From Guillardia theta CCMP2712 (lineage: Eukaryota > Protista > Cryptophyta), in the NCBI RefSeq assembly GCF_000315625.1, contig NW_005434644.1:1-49237 (forward strand): a stretch of DNA of 49,237 bases, read 5' to 3'. Position numbers and translations under genes: made by a program. The first letter of the stretch is position 1. Each line of letters starts with the position of its first letter. Below are positions 1 to 9,723 of the stretch, one piece after another. Under the pieces are notes generated by a model. The model searched no databases and was not told where the DNA came from. It worked only from the letters and a program-made list of their open reading frames with translations.

Positions 1-3000
1 GCGATAGGTCGTACATTGCGTAGCAAGGAGAATTGGAGTTTCGGGAGTTGCCTCCATAAGGCTTGGAAGTTCGTCCAGCCCTGTGGTCTGTTACAGTCGT
101 TCAAGTTTGCCACCATATCCTCCATCCTATGAAGGAGGGAGATGCTTCCAGGTAGGTGACCTGCTTCTATATGGGCCCAGCTGATCCTCGTGTTTAGTTT
201 TTCCGCCAGCCAGACTGCTAAAGCTTCGGGTCCCCGCACCACATCCCGCTCCATAGTTCGAAAATTCATTTCTCTTTGGAGCTCGAGCATTGTTTGACAC
301 CCCCATTTTACGCACGAGTTTCTGAGTTTAGATATCAGTCTATCTTGGATGTCTCCACCATGCTTACTATTCACTTCTCGTTCGATGTATCGTAACGCTG
401 CTCTCCCTAGGATTGGGGCAGGATGAGGGACCTGCAGCCCTCCATTCTCTGTTGGCAGGTAGAATATACCATTCCCTGTACTTTTGCTTAGGCCTAACGC
501 TTTTTTAAAAGCTCGTATCCACAGTTGATCTAATTCTTGTAGGTCTCGCCAAGTCCATCCAGTCATGACTGCGGAGTAGCGAAAGACGTTGAGAATTCCA
601 ACTTTCACCAGGTAAAATTTTTGCGCAGGAGTATAACTCGACGAGCTGATATTGTTGATCAGTTCTTTGGGTTTTTCAAAGACGTATGCTCGTTCTCCCC
701 AAGTGAAAGGGCAGCCCTTTATTCTTCGTCTTTCTTCCTTTCACAGAGAGATGCGATAGCCGAGATATTTGACCGTTTAGTAGCCGGTAGGGCTTCGACA
801 GGNNNNNNNNNNNNNNNNNNNNNNNNNNNNNNNNNNNNNNNNNNNNNNNNNNNNNNNNNNNNNNNNNNNNNNNNNNNNNNNNNNNNNNNNNNNNNNNNNN
901 NNGTTCGCACCAGGAACCTCTCCCTTGCGAGCATAGTCGAAGCTGGTTATCTCTGATTTCTTATTGTTGATTTGCAGTCCTGACCATTTGCAGAAGGAAT
1001 CCACCACTGCTACCAACTCTCGCATTTCTTTCATCGTGTGTGCGATGAGTACCATGTCATCGGCGAAGGACAGGTTGTTTGTTGTTCCTGTGCTGCACTT
1101 GTCCAATTGCCTAGAGAGGATGCATAGCACCAAGTTGGCCAGTTGTGGGCTACTTGCTCCACCTTGTGGCAGCCCGATCATTAGAGGTATTTTCCCTGTG
1201 TTGAACTCGTTTGTTTGTATTTGCAGTTCGACTCCACTGTTGCAGGCTATCACAGTTCTAATGTCTTCAGGATGGAAGCCTAGGCTGTTCATTGCCTGCT
1301 CGACCACCTCGATCGCCACATTGTTAAAGAAGTTCGCAAAGTCCAGGTACAAGAGAATGAGGGACGTTTTGGCCTCTTCTGCTTCTTCTACGATCGAGAT
1401 CAGTCGATGAGCCTGCCGACTTGTGCTTCTGCCTGGACGGAACCCCTCCTGGAAGTTTGTGGGGACGTTATTTGCTTCTACTGTCTTACTCAGACGATGC
1501 GCCAGGATTGCCTGAACCAGCCGAGTAAGCGTTGACATGACGCATATTGGCCGCATGTTTTCGAGAATGTGACAGAATTGATTTTTTGGCAGGAGGCGTA
1601 CTCTCGCTGTCTTGTTGAGAACCTCAGCTTTGCCTTCTAGGGCTGCATTGACTAACTTACCAACTTCCTCTCGGCATGCTGGTGGCAGCGCCCGCAGCAC
1701 TTCGTTCGAAATGAGGTCAAGTCCTGCAGCCTTTCGTCTCGGCGCCGAGGCGAGCCAGACATCAATCTCTCCCGGTGCCAGGGGTCTGGTGATTTCCTGT
1801 TGTTGTCTCCTTGAAAGCTGCACCCCCTCAGGCGGTGTGATCCGTCTTGGGGCCACGGTTGTGAACGACTTACATTTTGTGCAGTACGGGGTCATCCCTC
1901 CCCCTCCGATGGTCTCGTCGCTTGAGTCAGCCAAGGGGAGCATACATCCGATGTTTGAGCATTTTGAGCAGGTCCCTTGTTTCGTGCATGCGTTGACGCT
2001 GAAGAAGAATCGTGTATGGTCCGCGTCCTCTAGCTCTCTAACCTTCTGCATTGGGAGATGATCCGTGAGATCACGGTATCCTGCTATCTCCCATGTTGTT
2101 TTATCCGATTCTTCTAGTGCTACAATTGCTTTCGTGATTGTGTTTGCAGGTAGCAGTGATAGAAAGATCCAGTCATCTGTCCCCTCTCGCTCGATCCCAA
2201 TCATCAGTTGCTGGTTTGCACTCCAAAATGCTCTAACGCCCCTCGTGTCTTCGCTAGATAGGGTTGCTTCGATTTGGTTGATGAGCTCGTCGGCATTGTC
2301 GACTATCTTGCCGAGCAGTCGAAGAGCCAAGCCTTTGTGGCAACGAAGGGAGTTAGGGTGTTTTTTCTTGATGTCTTGACTTATCATCGGTTCTTTGGGA
2401 ATGAAATCATTCTTGCGTCCCATTGCATTCTGGGATTCACGGCTGCCTACCGTGCCTAGCCGTGTTTGCTGCTGTTGGCAGATCTCTTGGAAAACTTCGT
2501 TGTTTTGTTCTTCACATATCGTTCTGAACCTCTCGATCTTAGTTCGCAATTCTCTTTGTAATGTAGCTTCCGTAGGTACTCCAGTCGCTGGGCTTTGCTG
2601 TGATGCTTCCCTAAGTTTAGTCCGCAAGTTGCGGATCGATCTCTTCAAATCCATTTGTTCTTTGTTCGAATGTCGCCTTCCTCCCTTTCTGATTTTCACC
2701 TCCTTTAGTGGTAGAGAGTTGGCGAGCATCTCACAAATGTTACATTCTTGCGCCTTAGCTCGCATGTCTCGTATGTTTGCATCTAGTTGTTGCGCCCATT
2801 CGATCTTCTTCTCCTCCCACGAATCGCGATCCAGCACCCATCTGCTTTTAGGGGTTTCCCCCTTCTTCTGTCGTGAATTCATCTGATGCACTTCTACTCG
2901 TGGGATTAGCTGCGTCTCCTCGGACGTGAACTTGGTGTGTACTTGCACCACCAGGGCTCTGTGATCAACTGCTCCCCCTATCACACAGCCGTCGACCGTC

Positions 3001-3853
3001 CACGATTGAAGGGAGATGTTTGGAAAGTTGTCCTCGTCACTTGGGGGGTGAATAGCGAGAACTGCGTCGAGTTTGGCTTCTATCAGTTCTTGTTTGTACC
3101 ATGTTGAGAAGGTAAATGTTGTCCCAGTCTCGCTGATCTGTTCATATGAGAGTGTACGGTGTGCGGAAAGGTCTGCCAGGAATTTCTCGAATCTCTCATC
3201 TGCTTTTGCGGTGATAGATGAGGGGGAATATCCTCTCCGCATTGGTGTTGTTGTGTTGGTTCTTGCTGCATTAAAGTCTCCGGCTATGATGTGTGTCTCT
3301 CTCGTTCCCAGAGCGAGGTGTAGCAGCTCTGCCCACAGTTCCCCTTGCTCTCGAATCGCATTTTCCGCAGGTACCTGATGGAGGTTTGTGACTAAGAAAG
3401 AGTTTTTCCCTGTTCCGACTTTGATCGAAAACACTCGGTTTCGATATTTCTTTTCTTTGTTGCACGCCTGGTGAGCGGCAGGGGAGGGTGACGGCGACAG
3501 GGCCGCATGTACCAGCGTTACCAACCTCAGGTCTCCTTTCCCCTTCTTCGCATTGATCTTTGCAGGCCCCAGGAAGATTCTGTAGCAGGCCCAGTTCTCC
3601 TTGATCATCTTCCTCAATTTGTTCTCGTCGCGGGCCGAGACCCTTACCTCTTGTAGTAGCACAACCCCAGGTTGGAAGGACTGGATTAAGTATGCGAGGA
3701 TGTGCTTGAGAACAAAGTGATTGCAACCATTCACATTTTGTGAGATGAGGAAACCTGGGTCTGAACTTTTTCGATGCATCTGCGCCCAATCATTGCCCCT
3801 TTGCTCCTCCTGCCTTTCCCCCCTCCGCTCCTTCCCTCTCTGGGAGGTTTTCT
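1..3853 (-). mobile_element. Non-LTR retrotransposon (APE endonuclease + reverse transcriptase), 5' end abutting a telomeric tract, running off the left edge of the window
   Basis: ORF 777..3779 has APE motifs (SQNVNG, LLQEV, IAGDFNA, TFTF...KLDAVL, VDHRAL) and RT motifs (KAAGLD, MRPICV, QEGFRPGRST, YLDFANFFNNV, GLPQGGASSP, SFADDM). Past the N-gap, VKYLGY (about 750-775) and FYLPTENGGLQVP (about 425-470) continue the RT thumb/C-terminal region, with stops/frameshifts near 650-745. The frame stays open from 3779 up to the telomeric tract at 3854. Confidence 0.93.
903..3853 (-). CDS. Retrotransposon ORF2-like polyprotein (APE-EN, long linker with Cys cluster, RT); interrupted by the assembly gap at 803-902
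   Basis: About 980 uninterrupted codons containing the EN catalytic residues and RT motifs through FADD. Confidence 0.9.
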
Positions 3854-3990
3854 CCCTAAACCCTAAACCCTAAACCCTAAACCCTAAACCCTAAACCCTA
3901 AACCCTAAACCCTAAACCCTAAACCCTAAACCCTAAACCCTAAACCCTAAACCCTAAACCCTAAACCCTAAACCCTAAACCCTAAACCCT
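3854..3990 (+). repeat. Telomeric repeat tract (CCCTAAA)19 + CCCT (TTTAGGG type)
   Basis: Perfect heptamer array read directly. Confidence 0.98.
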
Positions 3991-4647
3991 ATTATTATTA
4001 TTATTATTATGTGAGTTTATTATAATGCTAGAATGTTGCTCGGCCTCGTTGTGGGCTTATGCAAATTGATCCTAGTCTAAAGAGGCGCTCGAGCACTGGG
4101 AGTACACGGCCTACAATGCGAACCCTGCTTCTGAGGCGTCTTTCTACTCTGTACTTCTGCTGTCTTCTCTTGGCTTCCTCAGCCTCAGTCAGGAGAGTTG
4201 CCTCTCCTCACCTTGGCCTTCGGTCACCACCTACTCCTCCTCCATTCAGCTTCCTCAGCCTCAGTCAGGAGAGTTGCCTCTCCTCACCTTGGCTTTCGGT
4301 CGCCTCCTACCTTCTCTCCTTACCTTGAGCTCAGCTCAAGCTCGGTACGGGCTCGCCCCGTCTTCTTCCTCGGCGCCCTCGCCTTGCTCTTCCTCCATGT
4401 CTTCCTCTTCTTCGTCATCTTCCCTCATCTCCACTCGCAGTCGGTCCTTCTTGTCCACCTTCAGCGAGCAGGCCAGCACATGCATCTCTGCGAATTTACT
4501 CAGTGCTATGAACAGGAAGCTAAGAGATCGACGCTCTATGTCGTCGCTCTCCGCCTCCTGCTCAAGCTCAGCAGCTGCCGTTGCCCGTGGCGAGAACGCG
4601 CTGCCCCTCCTTGCCTTCTTGCTCTCTCCTTGCACGCGACATGAACT
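3991..4647 (-). mobile_element. Probable 3' fragment of a 5'-truncated non-LTR element with a (TAA)n tail
   Basis: Flanked on both sides by telomeric repeats. The minus strand carries an acidic ORF end (stop at 4336), AATAAA at about 4016-4021, and an (AAT)n tail at 3991-4010 directly joined to AGGGTTTAGGG. An internal direct repeat of about 48 bp lies at 4174-4222 and 4250-4299. Confidence 0.65.
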
Positions 4648-4679
4648 CCCTAAACCCTAAACCCTAAACCCTAAACCCT
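4648..4679 (+). repeat. Interstitial telomeric tract (CCCTAAA)4 + CCCT
   Basis: Read directly. Confidence 0.95.
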
Positions 4680-5138
4680 GGCATGGTATCCATGCGTAAT
4701 GTATTCGTGATGAAGCGGTGAAAGCGGGTGGATTGATACATTATTGTGACTTGATGTCCCCTTTTGACTCTCATTTGTGTGCCTTCCTCGAGGGAAGGAG
4801 TAAGCCAGTTGCGATCGTATGTGCTCGAATTATACTGCATTTCCCATTGATTTTCATTCCTCCTCCTGACGTCATCGCTTGTTGTTGAAAGACATATCCT
4901 ATTCGCATGGATCTGTTTTTCCTGCTTTGGATAATGTCTCCCTCAATAGCGGCAGCTGTGAAATGCCTTCCGCCGTTAGGAATGTGTGCCTGACCAGTAT
5001 GCATAACTCCTCTAAAGTTTTCATCAGGCAACGGTTCCCTGTTCGCCAAAAGTTTGCTGCGCGCGGAGTAAGCTATCTGTGCGCCTAAGTTTCGGGATCC
5101 GGCTGACTGATGATCAAGTTCAAACCCTTCTGGTATCT
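4680..5138 (-). mobile_element. Probable internal retrotransposon fragment (degenerate, possibly RNase H-like) between telomeric tracts
   Basis: The minus frame is open from the telomeric junction at 5138 to 4771. GGGMKINGKCSIIRAHTIA loosely resembles the RNase H 'G.QT..RAEL.A' segment. No tail. Confidence 0.45.
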
Positions 5139-5167
5139 CCTAAACCCTAAACCCTAAACCCTAAACC
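5139..5167 (+). repeat. Interstitial telomeric tract (about 4 units); a further 1.5 units at 5269-5279
   Basis: CCTAAACCCTAAACCCTAAACCCTAAACC read directly. Confidence 0.93.
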
Positions 5168-5872
5168 ACTAATCTTGAAAGATCGATCGTGCACGATGCT
5201 CACATGTACAGCTGTGAACTTGCGACCATCGATCATGAAGCCGGCGGCCCAACTGTGACCCGGGCCGGCTAAACCCTAACTTCCATGACTTACAGTTTAC
5301 CGAGTCAGTGTACTTGAATATTGCTATACTACTAAAAGTTGAACTGCGCCCGCCGGGATGCGTACCGTGGCACTGACAGTATTGAACAATTATTATGTCT
5401 TGTCCCGAGTCCGCCTCTCACCATTCCGAAGTTCATTTTTTCTTCTGAGTCACATACAACTTAATTATAAACAATAATCCAGTACTGATTTGTACCAGGT
5501 TTCAAAGTTTGGAAAACACTCATCATGATTTGTACTGTCTTCAAGTGTTCCTGGTACCAATATTTGTAACAAAATCTTTAGTCAATATGAGCACTCACCA
5601 CTTCCTTCAAGGACCCACAGCGACATGACGAAGTTTTCAGACAGGAGTAAAGGAGCTCGGTTTTACTACGAACATGCACGACATATCCTTGATGACACCA
5701 CCCCACCCCCTTGGGAAATGTATCCACAAGATGGGCAGTAAACTCGGGTCCACCTATAGGTTGGCAGTGACTTGGACGGGTGACAGTACCCACCATGCAC
5801 CGTCACCATGCACACGCTTTTACTTGATCTCGTGATCGCCATTCACCTTGCAAGGCCCTCATTTTTCTCCCC

Positions 5873-6001
5873 CATCCTCGCATCTCATCCTCGCATCTCA
5901 TCCTCGCATCTCATCCTCGCATCTCATCCTCGCATCTCATCCTCGCATCTCATCCTCGCATCTCATCCTCGCATCTCGTCCTCGCATCTCATCCTCGCAT
6001 C
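5873..6001. repeat. 13-bp minisatellite (CATCCTCGCATCT), about 10 copies
   Basis: Read directly. Confidence 0.9.
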
Positions 6002-6079
6002 CCCTTGCGGTTTGTCTTGCTTCACCCAGTTCCACCGATACTTCCACATTCCAAATCCTAGAGATTTGAATCCTCTTCC

Positions 6080-6529
6080 ATGACGAAATCGACATCTGGT
6101 CATCACCGCCCACCAGCTTTAGATTGTGCTGCTGTGACGAGCACTGCCGAGAGCTTCCAAGGCGAGGCCGCTAGCAACAATCAGACCGAAGAAAGGGCTT
6201 GGCGAGACTTCCATGACCTCCATTCATACTGTGCACGGAGACACAGCGAAGTCTTGATGACATGCGGGAGGTCGCAGTCCTGGATCGCGCAGAGAACATA
6301 TGCCACAGAAGCGTTAGTGTCGGACAGCAATGAGGATCAAACAACTGCAGTTGATTCCCCCAATTCAAAAACCATAGATTCAGCAGGGAATTTGCTCAAG
6401 AACAGAAGAGGAAGTTATGCCACTGTTATAGATGCAGTTACCCTCAGTCCGCATAATGGATCCATTGATCAGGACGGTAACTTCTCCGGCAGGACGAAAG
6501 AAAAACTTATTTTTGGGGAAATGGAATAA
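6080..6529 (+). CDS. Hypothetical protein (possibly a terminal exon)
   Basis: 149-aa ATG ORF convergent with the ankyrin gene; no recognisable motif. Confidence 0.3.
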   Translation: MTKSTSGHHRPPALDCAAVTSTAESFQGEAASNNQTEERAWRDFHDLHSYCARRHSEVLMTCGRSQSWIAQRTYATEALVSDSNEDQTTAVDSPNSKTIDSAGNLLKNRRGSYATVIDAVTLSPHNGSIDQDGNFSGRTKEKLIFGEME

Positions 6530-6766
6530 GTACATCATCTCATTCGTATGTTCTTAATCATTTTGGTATTACCATTCGTGATACAATAAACAAAACTGAA
6601 TTCGAGATTCATCATAAGAAAACGTGACTCCAGGCACGGTTTTGGCTGCTTGCTCAAGAAACGCAGCAAACACTGACTGCTAGTCTGTTTGGGTCTGACG
6701 AACTGACCAATTCGAATTCCTGTCAAGACCAATCAATGCAACCCTTGCAACTCATCAAGCAACTTT

Positions 6767-9448
6767 TCACCTGAGATGTTGTACCATCCTTGCGGAAATT
6801 TTGCAACCGTTCTGCAAGTTCAATTGTCGCATACTGCATGGGAGTGTAGCCAATGCTGTCTTGAATGTGTGCAAGAGCCGGAGGATCAGACTGAAATCTT
6901 TCGATGACTCAATGATCATACACAACTGAGTTCTTACCTGCATCAAAATTCGAATGATTTCCATGTGCCCGTTTCCAAATGCAAAATGCAAAGGGGTCTG
7001 CAAGCAATATTTATGTCAAAGTGCAGGCAATGTTTACATCAAAGTGCAAGCAATATTTATATGAAGTGATCCACCTCCCCGTCTTGGTTTTGGGCATTGA
7101 TATTTGCTCCAGATTCCAGCAACAAATTTACGACTGCTTGCTGCCCAAAACAGCACGCATAATGTAATGGCCTCCTGCCAAAGGAAACATTCATTGGCAG
7201 GGGGTGACCAACCAAAAGAAGACAGAACCATCCAGAAGCATCTGATACATCGACATTCATCCCATGCAAAAGGAGCAATCTGACAACGTTCATTTTTCCA
7301 TGTTTTGATGCTGTGTGGAGGCCAGTGGATCCGTCTACGCTGTACCTGTTCAGATCTACGCCCTGGAATGTGTTGTTAAGAACGGTAAAGTCATAACAGT
7401 GATTCGTGACTGCAGAGTTATAGAAGAAGCATACACACGAACCTGAGAGATCAAAAAGATTACAAACTCTTCTTGGTCATACTCGCAAGCATATTTCAGT
7501 AGCTCATGGGCTGCTTCTGAATTGGGATTGAAGTGAGCGCCACCAACTATATCGGAAATCGTTGAAATTCTGAGCGTTTCAAAATCAAAGGCATTCCACG
7601 CAATATCACGGGTTTACATGTTGAAATGACGCTCGCAAGATACATTTTTTGGAGGCTCGAGAGGTTCCTGCGTGTACAAGAGGTTTTGCCCCTGCGATAG
7701 AAGGGGAAAATTCAATTGAAACAATTCCCAATCATTTAGTCCGTCGTTTTACCTGCAGCACCATTCGAGGTCCTTCGGAAACGCTGTCATGCCTGCCGTT
7801 GGCTGCAATCAAGAACTCGGTGACCTATATACATCGATTTAGTAGCAAAAGGACCCTCAGGGAGACTCGACCTTCGAGTAATGATCCCTGTGCAATAGAA
7901 AGAGCCAGGACCCGCCCTCATTGTCGCGGATGTCAATGTCACAACCATAAGAAATAAGTGCTTGAATAGCTTCTAGGTTCCCGACTTCCGCTGCAACATG
8001 AAGAGCGCTGTAGCCCTTGTTGTTTCTTGCCTGTAGATGTGCTCCTCGTGATGCGAGCTTGTTCATAACCTTTGCGTATCAAAGTCAAATTCAAAGTGTA
8101 GCTTTTGGAAAACAATGTAGACATGGGATCCTGGATATCGAATGGAGTAGTGCAGCATGCTGTCTCCGTTGTTGTCTCTCGCCTCCACATTAATCCCTGA
8201 AAGCTAAATGTGACATCTTGTGCTGTCCTATGTGTGTATTTCGTTACCGTGTTGTAAAAGAATGTCAAGGACATCAAGCTTCCCATACAAAAGTGCTGAA
8301 ATCGATTCAAAACAGGACATATCCAACCATGCCTCACCGAGATGCCCGGCACTCTCTCCAAGAAATGTTTTCGAGTCCACTTGAACGTCGTAAGTGAGCA
8401 GATGTTGGACAATAGGCAAGAGACCATGTCGAACTGGATGTGATCAGCACGATATGTATCATGAACCTTATGTCAAAATGTAGCATACCAGCTACATGAA
8501 GAGCAGTGTAGCCAAAATGATCTTTCGCCTCTCGGTCACTTCCAGCTGATATGAGGTAAGACACAATCGAATCCTGCAGAACATATGATTGGAGAAGACC
8601 CAAAAAGAATCAACTTGTTCAAATCGTGCAGCAACATGTAAAGGAGTCCACTTCTCACTCGTTAAGGGCTCCTTCGTCTTTGTTGAAATCCCCCTGAGAA
8701 AGAGCGTTTTGGTTATGAGTTTCAAACGAACTGAGAGCAGCAAATCATAAGGTGCGCACCGACGTTGGTCTTGTTCGTACTTTGCTCGATAGTTTCTTTC
8801 AAGAACTTCTAGGAGATCTTGGAATCCAAATCTATGGTGGGATTTAGGTCCAGAAACGTAGAGATAGCCTGTTGCCCACCGACAAGCATAATGGATCGGA
8901 GACCAATTGTCATTGTCATTGATTGATGGATCAGCATCAAGGGATTCCATTAGAAAGATTGCGGCTCGAACACTCCCATACATCGCACAAACTGATCAAA
9001 AGCACTTATCCATCTATGCTTACGAACTTGCAAGGATTTTTTACCATGAAGAGGAGTTTCTCCGAGAAGGCCTTGCGCGTTTGGATCAAGCTTGTGGTGT
9101 GCGCAGATCAACTTCATCACCCGTTCATGGTCATGTTGAGCAGCCACATGGAGAAGATTCCAGCTGAAGCACCAGGATCAGCAGCGTTGATACACCAAGG
9201 TTGTGGCATCACCCGGAGGGCGAGACAGATTTCAAAGTCTCTTCGTCTTGTATCAATACCGATAATGTCTCCAAATCAGCTCTAGCTGCAGCATTGTGTG
9301 CAGACTGTGCATTCATGGACATGCCGTTTGAAACTTGAGAGACCACAGTCACTGACAATGTCGAAAAGCATGCTGCATGACAAACGGGTTTACCAGCTTT
9401 GCATGTTTCTCGACTCAATCCGTTATGCAGCATCTTCTCCCACAACAA
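6767..9448 (-). CDS. Multi-exon ankyrin-repeat protein (ends approximate)
   Basis: Successive exons give ankyrin motifs: WNLLHVAAQHDH, GETPLH, WSPIHYAC, WTPLHVAARF, GYTALHVA, GYSALHVAAEVGN, RRPLHYACCFG, TPLHFAFGNGH. They are separated by short GT-AG introns. Confidence 0.88.
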
Positions 9449-9723
9449 TTGTCTTCCTTGACTTCATTCTCTGCTTTCCCATCCCTGTCCTGCTTGAGCA
9501 GTCATCCTCCCGTTCGTCCTGTCGAGCTTTCCTGCGCTGATTACACTCACACGGTCACCAGTCAAACGAGGAGAAACACTACAAACCCGCCTCAACAAAA
9601 TACTAGGAAACAGAGGAGGCAGCAAAAAGCGCTACTCTCACCACTCAATCAAACAATTCTGCACTCTAAGATCGTTACGGCAGTTACAATGTGAACAAAG
9701 GGGGCCAAGCCAGGGGCCAATCA

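Noticed and set aside
964-3378. Several + strand ORFs over the retrotransposon
   Set aside because: They are antisense shadows of the long minus-strand ORF.
777-3779. RT next to telomeric repeats as telomerase (TERT), a Penelope-like element or a group II intron
   Set aside because: The N-terminal APE endonuclease and LINE-type RT motifs identify a non-LTR retrotransposon; no TERT T-motif or GIY-YIG domain is seen.
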